A stretch of DNA of 64,000 bases from an archaeon (GTDB lineage Archaea; Micrarchaeota; Micrarchaeia; Norongarragalinales; UBA97), in NCBI GenBank assembly GCA_020057405.1, contig JAGVFW010000003.1, positions 141,893 through 205,892 of the forward strand, read 5' to 3'. Both the position numbers and the translations under genes were made by a program. This document shows positions 19,701 to 28,284 of this stretch, piece after piece. The notes beneath the pieces were generated by a model, which saw only the letters and a program-made list of their open reading frames with translations, searched no databases and was not told where the DNA came from. How positions within the stretch are numbered: the first letter of the stretch is position 1; each line of letters opens with the position of its first letter.

Positions 19701-22700
19701 GCCGGCGATGCGTTTACGGGAATAGACAACCTCTCCAATTATCTTCGCAATGAATCAGGCGTCATAGCCTTCAGCGGGGCTTCTTCCTCGGGCGGCAACG
19801 CCAACAACACGCCCACAATTGGCTACTTTGAGAACTTGGCTGCAGGCAGGTACAATCTTACTTTCGGGGCCTGCGACTTTGCCGGCAACTGCGCAAACCT
19901 GACAACCTCGTTTGTCACAGTTGACCCGCAGCCGCCCAACTATTTCGTCTCAGTACTGCCGGGGCAGAACCACCGCAACCAGACTGCTTCGTTCATCAAC
20001 GTGACTTTCGTGCCAGGCGATGCGCTTAGCATGATGGCGAACACCACGGTTTGGCTTGGCTTAACCAACGGCACGCTCCTTGGCCACTACACCAACGCAA
20101 GTGTGGAGAACGGCACGACGGTCGTAGGCGGGTTTGTTGGTTTGCCTGAAGGAAATTATCTCGTAACGCACCAATTGTGCGACCTCGCAAACAACTGCGC
20201 CAACTACTCAACGGCAGTCACAATAGACAACAGCGGGCCTGCGGGATTGTGGAGCAACCTGACCGGCCAGGGCGCCCAGCTGCAGATGATGCTTGGGCAA
20301 AACGGCGCGACTTTCACGCAATTCGTTGGGCTAAGGCGGGCAAAGCCGGTTGTCAACAACGCGACATTCATGGTCGCGCTCACTGATGCCGGGAGTGGAG
20401 TCCAGACCGTGACGGTTTCAAACGGCACGCCGGCGAGGACTGGTTTTGCGGGCCTCACGGTGGCCGCGGTTCTGCACTCGCGAACGGCAAGCGGGTCGGT
20501 ATGGAACGCAACCTTAAACGTTAGCAACTTCAGCGAAGGATTCCAGAACTTCACGCTCACCGCAACTGACTTTGCGAGCAATTCGCAGTCGATGAACTTA
20601 AGCGGCAATGGGGCGGGCGGTCTTTTCGAGACGAACTACGACTTTATGGCCGAAGCGGGCGTTCCGGGCTTGGGCGCGTTTTACGTGGACAACTACCCCA
20701 CAGTCCAGGGCATCGTGTTCAGCACGCTTACTTCGAGTGCGCTTAACGGGTCGAACATCGCCACAGACGGCTATGCGGTAAACATCACGGTTCAGGAAAA
20801 CGCATTCGGCCAGCCGCCGTCGTACGCGCAGTCGTTTACGGTCAACAGCCAAGGCGAGTTCTTCATCGACGTGATTGACGAACGGGCGCGCGCGAATGCC
20901 AACTCATTCGGCCAGGGCGGCCAGCCCCCGACGCTCTATAACTATATAGTACGCGTAAAGGGCCTCAACAACCAAGTGAGTTTTGCCTCGCCCAACCTGC
21001 CGCCAATGCCAATTGGCGTTCCCGGCATGGGCATTCCCGGCATGCCGGTCAGCGGAAGGAACTTGTACGTCGTGCCTGCAGAAACGCTTAACATCGCGGC
21101 GTCAAACGGCACGCACTGCACTTCGTTCTATGGAATGATTCTCGACCAGCGCAGCGGCATTCCTTACGCTTTCTTCGACAACCGCAGCGCATATACGCCA
21201 ACGCCGTGCCAGTTCGTCGAGGCAATAGTGCCGGCAAACCGCAACTTCACCATCACGCTTGGCAACGAAGCCCAGGGCGGCGGCTATAGCTTCCCGGCAA
21301 GGACGGTTGCAGTCACGACCGAGAACATCAGCACCACAAACGCACAGCTTGGCCAGTATAACGGTAGCAATCTCACCGTGACAATCAACACGAGCTTCAT
21401 CATCATCGAATCGGCAGGCAACTGGAGCGTGAACAATGGCACGCTGTCGTCACCGGCTGCAAGCAACTTGAGCAACGTTCAAGTCAACTACACGCGCTTC
21501 CAGATTCAGATGGTCGCCGGCCCAAGCGGATTTATCCCGCCTGCAGTGCCCATGCTCAAGCTAAACGCTGTCGAAACCAACGCAAGCGGCGGATGGAACA
21601 CGAGCCTTCCGAGCGGCTCGCCTTACCTAGCGTCCGTCTTCGGCCACAGCGGGCCGACTGATTCAACCGGCAATTACTTCATGGGCTTCGTAGTCGTGCC
21701 CGGCCCGACGTTTAACGACAATCTCGCCACTGCAGTCAACCAGAGCATCACGCTCTACCGCATGGCGGGCGTTTTCCGGGGAACTTCCGCAAGCGACCCG
21801 TTCGGGTTCAACACGAGCAAGACGCGCATCCAATTCGTTGACGATAATGGCACGCTGATTACGCAAAACCAACAGGGCCAGCAGGCCAATGACATCAACG
21901 TCGAGGTTGAGACCAACTACAGCGGCGTTCAAATGAGGCGGCAGTACCGCACGCAAGGACAGGCGTCGGTCGACGTGCCGCTGCTTGCAGGCGAGCCGGT
22001 GAAAATAAAGGTGTTTGCAGGCGGGTTCATGCCCATCCAGCGGCTCTTTTCAGGCACGCTTGTCACTGCCAACGACACGCTTAACGTCACGCTGCAAAAG
22101 CCCTCGATGAGGCCGCCGCGCAATGGCGGGCAGGAGAACAGCTCGTTTATTAGCGGGGTGCAAATCGAGTTCGTCACTTACAACTCCACCTGCAATCGGC
22201 CCTCGCCGCCCAACTCATGCTACCTCTCGAACATAAACTCGAACTTCCGCGTCGAGGGCGGCAGCGCACAACAGTTTGACTCACAGAATTTCGTCATGGG
22301 CGGCACGCAGAACATCCTCATCAAGGACAACAACACGAACACTAGCGTACTCATCATCGGCCTGTCGATGGACCAGAGCAGCATTCCAAACATGGAGTTC
22401 GACACCAACCCAATCCAGCAATCCCAGAACGGAAGCGCGCAGGTAAGGCGGTTCGGCAGCCTCGTCCCAAGCAACTCCATCGAGTCAGCATGGCTGGCAA
22501 CGCCCTACAACGCAAGCGCAATCAACGAGAGCCTGAACTTCAGCATCGACATCCCCTACCTTTACGACGATGACGGGAACCTCGCGTGGAACGTAAGCGC
22601 TAACACGAGTTCGCAAGTACCATCGCAATACCAGGACTATTCGGCCTATTACCCGGGCATTGCGACCAACGCCAGCTACCTCAAAGGCATCCAGTGCTTT

Positions 22701-23351
22701 GCGCTTAACGACACTAACATTGCAAACACTTCGCGCAAGTGCCTGGTCGACACCACGCTCAACCTCATTTGGCTGCAAGTGCCGCACTTCTCCACAATAG
22801 GCGCCCAGGGTGCGGGCCAGCCGGTTACAACCGCATCAAGCAGCAGCTCGAGCAGCTCCTCAAGCTCCAACAACGGAGGCACGTACGGAGGTTACGTCGG
22901 CAGCTCAACGCCGACGCCCGAAGCGCCGGCTGCAACACCGACGCCGGCAACTCAGGCAACGCCAGAACCGACTACTGTCGAACCGGACGTTACTCCAACA
23001 CCAGCTGCAGGCACCGGAATCGACGCCGGCAAGGCCATCATGCAAGCCAATTCTCTCTTCCGACAAGCGAAAGATGCCGGAGTCTCACAGGCCACTCTTG
23101 CCGAGGCCACGCGCCTGTTGACACTGGCGCAGCAGCTGCTTGCTGCAGGCGATGAAGCTGGCGCTGCTGCAAAGGCAAAGGAAGCGGCGGACGTGCTTAC
23201 TGCGGCGATGGCAGTGCGGCCGACGAGCCAGCCGCCTCAAGCGGCCGGCGGCATTGGAGGAGCTTGGGTCGAAATTGCGCTCATTCTCGCAGTGCTAATC
23301 GGCGCTGCGGTTATCCTCTCTACTGTGCGGAAGAACAAGCGCGGGCGCTAG
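16782..23351 (+). CDS. Large cell-surface glycoprotein with 10 tandem ~100-aa repeats and C-terminal TM anchor
   Basis: Signal peptide, repeats, VPHFS motif, poly-Ser and PT linker, helical bundle, TM + RKNKRGR. Confidence 0.85.
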   Translation: MRSGKATLFFIGILFVASVAFATQLNVLLVFPANNTNASATTVNFVFTPINQNSTLGEGLENFSGATVWITNTTALPVGVSGLVWGVANNTNASDLQNATQATITAGLYQGRYSWNINVSTNATSNFSQANYTFTIDNTAPGYFASILPLNGSNQSSTAVDISFVPGDGFTGVANTTVWATSTGPQTASFSNTTWILNGTPVTGGLVGLAAGRYNLTYQLCDFANNCANFTGVFFTIDNVNPGYFVSVSPTNNTNQSSPFVNVSFVPGDAFTGVTNTTVWARSAGFGAHFTNTSVTNGTQVTGGFAGLTNDAYNLTYQLCDWANSCANFTGVFVIVDNTNPTYLPISPTNNSNQSANSINVSFVPFDGLAGVANTTVWLRNTTGFDRHFTNTSIANATLVSGGFLPLSESVYNFTYQLCDWPGNCANYTGVFTTIDFTNPGYFVPVTPANNTNQSSAFVNVSFVPGDALTGVANTTVWANSSVTGITRHFTNTTVTNGTLVTGGFAGLGAATYNFTYQLCDWANNCANYTDTVVTVLGDVSPPGYFVSVKPSGYQASTFVNVSFVPGDAFTGVTNTTVWLGFVANATIFRNFDNTSVVNGTLVNGGFVGVGTGNYSLTYQLCDTTGNCANFTGGSNVTVDTSAPNYIVVDAPVNNSNQSATGIGFYFTTGDAFTGVDNVTAWLFNATDTVYISTSLASGGNLNNTPYASSFPSVGAGPYNITFRSCDFANNCANLSTSFVTVDPQPPGYFVSISPTNNSNQYVGFVNVSFVPGDALTGAANTTVWLRNSTGAFTSSFTNSTVTNGTQVTGGFAGLTNGAYNLTYQLCDLANTCANFTGVFFTVDTQAPGYFVSVKPSGYQASTFVNVSFVPGDALTGVANTTVWLGFVANATIFRSFTNTSVVNGTLLTGGFAAVGTGNYSLTYQLCDAVGNCANITGGSNVTVDTDAPNYVVVSAPVNNSNQSNITINFNYVAGDAFTGIDNLSNYLRNESGVIAFSGASSSGGNANNTPTIGYFENLAAGRYNLTFGACDFAGNCANLTTSFVTVDPQPPNYFVSVLPGQNHRNQTASFINVTFVPGDALSMMANTTVWLGLTNGTLLGHYTNASVENGTTVVGGFVGLPEGNYLVTHQLCDLANNCANYSTAVTIDNSGPAGLWSNLTGQGAQLQMMLGQNGATFTQFVGLRRAKPVVNNATFMVALTDAGSGVQTVTVSNGTPARTGFAGLTVAAVLHSRTASGSVWNATLNVSNFSEGFQNFTLTATDFASNSQSMNLSGNGAGGLFETNYDFMAEAGVPGLGAFYVDNYPTVQGIVFSTLTSSALNGSNIATDGYAVNITVQENAFGQPPSYAQSFTVNSQGEFFIDVIDERARANANSFGQGGQPPTLYNYIVRVKGLNNQVSFASPNLPPMPIGVPGMGIPGMPVSGRNLYVVPAETLNIAASNGTHCTSFYGMILDQRSGIPYAFFDNRSAYTPTPCQFVEAIVPANRNFTITLGNEAQGGGYSFPARTVAVTTENISTTNAQLGQYNGSNLTVTINTSFIIIESAGNWSVNNGTLSSPAASNLSNVQVNYTRFQIQMVAGPSGFIPPAVPMLKLNAVETNASGGWNTSLPSGSPYLASVFGHSGPTDSTGNYFMGFVVVPGPTFNDNLATAVNQSITLYRMAGVFRGTSASDPFGFNTSKTRIQFVDDNGTLITQNQQGQQANDINVEVETNYSGVQMRRQYRTQGQASVDVPLLAGEPVKIKVFAGGFMPIQRLFSGTLVTANDTLNVTLQKPSMRPPRNGGQENSSFISGVQIEFVTYNSTCNRPSPPNSCYLSNINSNFRVEGGSAQQFDSQNFVMGGTQNILIKDNNTNTSVLIIGLSMDQSSIPNMEFDTNPIQQSQNGSAQVRRFGSLVPSNSIESAWLATPYNASAINESLNFSIDIPYLYDDDGNLAWNVSANTSSQVPSQYQDYSAYYPGIATNASYLKGIQCFALNDTNIANTSRKCLVDTTLNLIWLQVPHFSTIGAQGAGQPVTTASSSSSSSSSSSNNGGTYGGYVGSSTPTPEAPAATPTPATQATPEPTTVEPDVTPTPAAGTGIDAGKAIMQANSLFRQAKDAGVSQATLAEATRLLTLAQQLLAAGDEAGAAAKAKEAADVLTAAMAVRPTSQPPQAAGGIGGAWVEIALILAVLIGAAVILSTVRKNKRGR
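17200..20235 (+). repeat. Ten tandem ~300-bp intragenic repeats
   Basis: Repeating GYFVSxxP-NNxNQS-VNVSFVPGDAxTGVxNTTVW...YNLTYQLCDxANNCANxT; units starting near 18410 and 19325 are near-identical at the DNA level. Confidence 0.9.
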
Positions 23352-23389
23352 AAAAGAGTTAAATGGCCGAACGCTGTTGCTAAATCCCT

Positions 23390-23932
23390 ATGGACGAAGA
23401 GCGCGTGCTTGAGCGGATGGCCGGGGGGCTAAAGAAGGCTAATGTACCCCAGTTGCGCGCGCTTGGGTCGGAACTGGCCGAAGAATCTTTCCTCACAGGC
23501 TCGCCCCGGCTAGTTGAACTGGCTGCAGTAAGCTATTCGCTTGGCAAATTCCTCGAAAAGCACTACATCACCGGGAGCAAGCGCTGGAAGGCATTTGAAA
23601 AGCAGTCGGGCGAGCGGCTTGCTGAAGCGGCAAAAGCGGTCCGCGCCGGCAGGGAAGAGGACGCCGAGCGCGCGATTGACTCCGTCGTCGAGGACATCAC
23701 CGAATTTAGCGAGTCGATGGGCCGCTTCCAGGTGGATGTGGTGACTAAAGCGCGCGTCAAGATTGCCACCGACGCGTATGCCCACGGCGCGTCCCTTGGC
23801 CGGGCCTGTGCCTTGGCGGGAGTCAACAAGGCGCTCGTGCTAAACTACATCGGCGTCACTACGCTTTCCGACAAGTACGAGACTCTAAGCGTGCGGGAGC
23901 GGCTTGCAAGCGCCAGGAAGGTTTTCGGATGA
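23390..23932 (+). CDS. Hypothetical helical protein with possible C-terminal HTH
   Basis: Promoter-like ttaaat upstream; overlaps the next gene (ATGA); HGASLGRACALAGV is HTH-like. Confidence 0.65.
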   Translation: MDEERVLERMAGGLKKANVPQLRALGSELAEESFLTGSPRLVELAAVSYSLGKFLEKHYITGSKRWKAFEKQSGERLAEAAKAVRAGREEDAERAIDSVVEDITEFSESMGRFQVDVVTKARVKIATDAYAHGASLGRACALAGVNKALVLNYIGVTTLSDKYETLSVRERLASARKVFG

Positions 23933-24600
23933 CTGCGACCATCGTGTTTGACTCATCGACGCTCATCAGCTTCAGCGAGTCCTGCCTCGTAGGCAGCCTG
24001 CCGTTTTTGAAGGAAAAGACTGGCGCGCGGTTCCTAATCACACCCGAAGTGCGAAACGAGATTGTCAGCCGGCCCCTGCACGTCTCGCAGCACGCCTTTA
24101 GCGCCCTTAGGCTGCGCAAGCTCCTTGACGACGGCGTTTTAGAAGTGGCCGAGCCGCCAGAGGGCCTGGCGCGCGAGCTTCTCTCAATTGCCAATAGCCT
24201 CTTCATCATTCGCGGCGGGCCTGTTGAGATACTGCAGGCGGGCGAGGCCGAGTGCGTCGCGCTCTTGGCGGCAAAAGGAGCGGGTGCGATTGCGGTTGAC
24301 GAAAAAACGACGAGGCTTTTGCTTGAGGACCCCAACTTAATGCTTGACAAGATACGAATGGAGTTCCGCTCGAAAGTCGAGATAAACGGCGAGCGGCTTA
24401 GGGAGTGGCGAAAAACGGCTGGCGCCGCGACGGTGCTGCGCTCAAGCGAGCTGCTTGCAATCGCCGCTGAGAAGGGGTACTTCAAGGACTTCGGCAAATC
24501 GGAGGGCGAGGTGCTTCACGCCGCGCTCTTCTCGCTTCGCTCGGCTGGCTGCTCGCTTACGGGAAGGGAACTCGGCGAGTACTCGCAAGTTCGGATTTAA
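23929..24600 (+). CDS. PIN-domain-like protein
   Basis: IVFDSSTLI, ITPEVRNE, LQAGEAE, AVDEK acidic motifs. Confidence 0.72.
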   Translation: MTATIVFDSSTLISFSESCLVGSLPFLKEKTGARFLITPEVRNEIVSRPLHVSQHAFSALRLRKLLDDGVLEVAEPPEGLARELLSIANSLFIIRGGPVEILQAGEAECVALLAAKGAGAIAVDEKTTRLLLEDPNLMLDKIRMEFRSKVEINGERLREWRKTAGAATVLRSSELLAIAAEKGYFKDFGKSEGEVLHAALFSLRSAGCSLTGRELGEYSQVRI

Positions 24601-24637
24601 ATCGCTTTCCCGACACAATTACTTCGCAACTCCTTTA

Positions 24638-24708
24638 GGGCCTGGAGTCGGTCGGTAAGACACCGCCTTCGCAAGGCGGGGATAGCGGGTTCAATTCCCG
24701 CCGGGTCC
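24638..24708 (+). tRNA. tRNA-Ala(CGC), atypical core
   Basis: Acceptor GGGCCTG/CGGGTCC with G3:U70; anticodon arm CCGCC-TTCGCAA-GGCGG; T arm GCGGG-TTCAATT-CCCGC; A73; tttaaat box upstream. Confidence 0.9.
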
Positions 24709-24721
24709 ACTGAACCTTTTT

Positions 24722-25615
24722 TTACTTAACGAGGGCGACGCCAATCAAGATGAGCAGCGTTCCCAGCACCTTCTGCATCAGGGTAGTGCGCTTGAGCTCC
24801 TCGTCAAGGGCCTTGGGGTAGGTCATGCCGACTAGCACTGCGAAGACGAGGACGAAGAGGGCTTGGGTCGAGAGGATTGCGGAAACGGCGGTGATGGGGC
24901 CCGTCTCTGCGGCTATGGTAATTAGGAGAAATGACGCCATGCTCGCAACTGCAAGGGCGGTTACTATTTTCGTGGTGCGGGTGCCGGCGGCGCTTGCCTC
25001 GCGTGAAAGCGTAGTGCGGCCGACAAAGGCGGCGACCACCATCATGGCAAGCACTGCGCCAAAACGCGTGTAGGAAAAGACGGTGAGGGCGTCTGCAAAG
25101 TAAAGAAGGTACTTCATTGTCACCACGTATGCTGCTGAGAAAAGCAGCGAGGCAAGCAGGTACTTCTTGGCCTTGACAAACCGCATTTCCTTGAGGCTGT
25201 GGATTGACAGGACGATTGCGCCGGCTACAAGCAAAGCAGCGCCAAGGTATCTTACGGGTTTTAGCGTCTCGCCCAAAAACAGGAATGCGAAGGCGGCGAT
25301 GAAGAGCGTGTCAAGGTAAAGAATGGGGATTACGCGCGAGACTTCCTCGGCTTTGAGTGCCTCGAAGTAGTACCATGCGTGGATTACGAAGAATGCGCCG
25401 GCGAGGAGGCCGAGAAACACGTTGACTGACGAGAGTGGGTCAAAGCCGCGGAAGAGGAGAATGGCGAGGGCGAAAGCGAGGCCGACTAGGGCGTCGATGG
25501 AGAGCATGAAGGCCACGCTTTTGGTCAGGCGCGTGACGACGTGCTTGTCAGCTACGTTGACTGCAGCCAAAATCGCGGCCGCGAGGGCAGCGGCGAGGGG
25601 CCAGAACGGAAGCAT
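24722..25615 (-). CDS. EamA/DMT family transporter
   Basis: About 10 TMs; EEVSRVIP...FLGETL...GAALLVAG, duplicated EamA halves. Confidence 0.88.
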   Translation of the reverse strand: MLPFWPLAAALAAAILAAVNVADKHVVTRLTKSVAFMLSIDALVGLAFALAILLFRGFDPLSSVNVFLGLLAGAFFVIHAWYYFEALKAEEVSRVIPILYLDTLFIAAFAFLFLGETLKPVRYLGAALLVAGAIVLSIHSLKEMRFVKAKKYLLASLLFSAAYVVTMKYLLYFADALTVFSYTRFGAVLAMMVVAAFVGRTTLSREASAAGTRTTKIVTALAVASMASFLLITIAAETGPITAVSAILSTQALFVLVFAVLVGMTYPKALDEELKRTTLMQKVLGTLLILIGVALVK

Positions 25616-25651
25616 AGCATTAGAAAAACAAGTCGGGGCTATAAAGCCTTC

Positions 25652-26209
25652 GTGAAGCATTTCAAAGCCGTCGGCGGCTTGGCGGGCATTTTCTTCAAGC
25701 AAAAGCGCGACTCGCAAACAAAAGACGCCTTGCTCTTCCTCCTCCTCTTCGCGGCCTTCGCGGGCGTAGCCTATGGGGCGCTTTTGGCAACAGGCACGGC
25801 GCTTAATTTGCTTGCGGCAAAGTCAAGCGTGCTCGCGATGGGCGCACTCGGGATTGATGCAAGTGTAGTGCCTAACTCCGACTTTCCGCACATTGTCGGG
25901 GAAGTGCGCGGCACGCCCTTTGAGGCCGAAATCAACGGCCTCTGCGCCGGTGCGATTGAGCTTGCTGTTGTCTTTGGCATCGTGATGGCGAGCCGCGACA
26001 AGAGCGTTCGCGCGAGGCTGCTGGGGGCACTCGGCGGTTTTGCGGTTTTCCTCGCCTTTAACCCATTGCGCATCGCCCTTACGCTGAACGCAGTAGGCAG
26101 CTGGGCCCTGCCACTCTTGCACGACGTGCTCTTCCGTCTCTCGCTTCTCTTCGTCATCGTGGGTTACTACGCAGTGTGGTATTACTCGACCGCGAGCAAG
26201 CGTTTTTAA
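25652..26209 (+). CDS. Archaeosortase/exosortase family protein (1)
   Basis: Cys-Arg-His triad: EINGLCAG, FNPLRI, LLHD; multi-TM. GTG start inferred. Confidence 0.8.
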   Translation: MKHFKAVGGLAGIFFKQKRDSQTKDALLFLLLFAAFAGVAYGALLATGTALNLLAAKSSVLAMGALGIDASVVPNSDFPHIVGEVRGTPFEAEINGLCAGAIELAVVFGIVMASRDKSVRARLLGALGGFAVFLAFNPLRIALTLNAVGSWALPLLHDVLFRLSLLFVIVGYYAVWYYSTASKRF

Positions 26210-26231
26210 CGAGCCCGCGCTAAGCGTTGCT

Positions 26232-28196
26232 ATGCTCAAGGGCTTCATCTCAGCGCCTCTTCTTGGAACGCTAGTTTTCCTCGGCGCTGTTGTCTTCGTC
26301 GTGCACATCACGCAGATGGAGAAAGCCGAGGTCAGCAGCATAGTCTCCGACATTTACCACAACCGAGTAACCTCAATGCTCGAAGACTACCGCTACGACA
26401 TGGGCTCGCTCTTTGCGGTTGCCCTCTCCCGCGCGATTGAACGCTATCTCTCAAGTGAATGCTGGGAAATCTTCGCGCTCAAAAACGACAATTACGCCGA
26501 GCCCGGCGGTGCCGACGGTGGCGGAATTGCGACGCGGGGCGTGCCGCCCGCGGGCTTTCCTAAAACGGGGCACGCGGACTACAACTACGACGACTTTGGC
26601 TGGTGCAGGAACACCGGCACCGGCGCTAACCCGACCTGCAGCGACGTTAGTGAGACGAACAAGCACCCAAACAACCCGAACTACGATTACCTGTGCGCCG
26701 AGAACTGCAACGGCCAGCTCGACTACTACGAGCTGCGCTACAAAAAGTGCACTGAAATAAGCGACATCATCCGCGACGGCATCTGCCCGTATGACCCCAA
26801 GTACGGCCTGACGGCGTGGCTAAACGCGACGCGAACGCCGTTTAACTTCGAGGGAGTCGGCTTCTCCCTCTCGAACCCCGAATTGGTCGAGACATACGTC
26901 TCGCAGATTTCCTGCACGTTTAGCGGCCTGGGGACGGTCACCAACACGAACATGTTTGAGTACGACTTGGGCTCAAGCAGCGGCTCGTGCAAGGGACGCG
27001 ACAACTGCAAAGTCAAGGTCGGAAACGGCTTCCTTACCTGCGCGAAAAAGGACGGCGTGCCCGACGGCACGCTTTCGGTCGGCGACGGCATCAAGAACTG
27101 CAGGCAGCTTGTGGGCGACAGCCTCTTTGACTGCAGAAACTTCGCAGAGGACTTGGGCAACCCGTACCGCTGCTGCAGCCTCTACTCGAACACTGGAGAA
27201 TGCTGCGCGCAGTCCGATGGCCCGTCTAAAGGGTGCGACCAAAAGAGCCACGTCATGCCAGGCTGTGACGGGGGCAGCTTTTTCGTCGGCGTCAACGTGC
27301 TTGCAAACGACAACGTCTACCGCAGCCTGCCGCGGGTCAACGCAACTGACAAGGGCGGAAACGAAATCCAGGGCGGCGCCCTTGGCGATCGCAACTTCAC
27401 AATCCACGTCAAGTACCCGGTCTACAAGTACCTCGACGCGGCCTTCAGAACCTACATGCCAATCGCTTACGGCATTTGCGTGAATTCCGCGCACCCAGAG
27501 TACGACTTTGAGGCGCCCGTTAACATGCGCGTGCACGAAGGCCAGGGCGGCGGCACCAGGTCGTGCCCAAGCGGCAACAGCCCGCAGAGCGACTTTGAGG
27601 GAATCATCGAGGGCCTCTGCTACGGCGAGAGCTGCGGGGGCTTCAACGTCAACCCGGAGTGCCTGGGTTTAAACCCGCCGGCTTATTGCGACACGAAAGG
27701 CTTTGAAGGGAACAACAATGGCCAGCATTTCCGCACCAGGGAAAAAGCAATTGAGTATGCAAGGGCCAAATTCTTAGGCGTGTTTTTGAGCCCCGACCCG
27801 GCGGTGGGGACAAGCGTGTGCCGGCTGTTTCGGCCGCTCCTTTGCGACACTTTCGGCCTCTGCGACACGAAAATGCTCATCCGCGGCATGGGCCTGCAAA
27901 ACCCTGCGGACGGAAGCGACGGCTTCTACACTCTTTGCCCGCAACCGCCGGCTAGTTGGGATTCTCCAGACTGGACCGCAATCCAAGCGAAGTTGTCAGT
28001 CGACAGCCTCTTCCGCGCTTATGACGACTGCACAAGGAATCCGAACAACCACCAGGCGTGCGCTGCGGTCAACAGCCTGTCGTTTACGATTAAGTTCGTG
28101 GACAAGAAGGCGGAGACTCTAGTGAACCCCATTGCAAACAACTTCTGCTGGCACATGCGGCCGGTGCACGTTAACCCTACCAAGTCAACGCAGTGA
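26232..28196 (+). CDS. Cys-rich exported protein with class III (pilin-like) signal peptide
   Basis: MLKG|FISAPLLGTLVFLGAVVFV followed by a helix and a large Cys-rich domain. Confidence 0.7.
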   Translation: MLKGFISAPLLGTLVFLGAVVFVVHITQMEKAEVSSIVSDIYHNRVTSMLEDYRYDMGSLFAVALSRAIERYLSSECWEIFALKNDNYAEPGGADGGGIATRGVPPAGFPKTGHADYNYDDFGWCRNTGTGANPTCSDVSETNKHPNNPNYDYLCAENCNGQLDYYELRYKKCTEISDIIRDGICPYDPKYGLTAWLNATRTPFNFEGVGFSLSNPELVETYVSQISCTFSGLGTVTNTNMFEYDLGSSSGSCKGRDNCKVKVGNGFLTCAKKDGVPDGTLSVGDGIKNCRQLVGDSLFDCRNFAEDLGNPYRCCSLYSNTGECCAQSDGPSKGCDQKSHVMPGCDGGSFFVGVNVLANDNVYRSLPRVNATDKGGNEIQGGALGDRNFTIHVKYPVYKYLDAAFRTYMPIAYGICVNSAHPEYDFEAPVNMRVHEGQGGGTRSCPSGNSPQSDFEGIIEGLCYGESCGGFNVNPECLGLNPPAYCDTKGFEGNNNGQHFRTREKAIEYARAKFLGVFLSPDPAVGTSVCRLFRPLLCDTFGLCDTKMLIRGMGLQNPADGSDGFYTLCPQPPASWDSPDWTAIQAKLSVDSLFRAYDDCTRNPNNHQACAAVNSLSFTIKFVDKKAETLVNPIANNFCWHMRPVHVNPTKSTQ

Positions 28197-28284
28197 CGGC
28201 CGGACACAATCACTGCTTTTTTAAAGCAGCCTTGCCACAAGTAACTGTCTGTCTTGCAAGTGGGTAAGCGGGGTAATGCGTTCA

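Noticed and set aside
17200-20235. CRISPR array or DGR template/variable repeats
   Set aside because: These are in-frame ~300-bp protein repeats with no spacers; no cas or reverse transcriptase gene is in the window.
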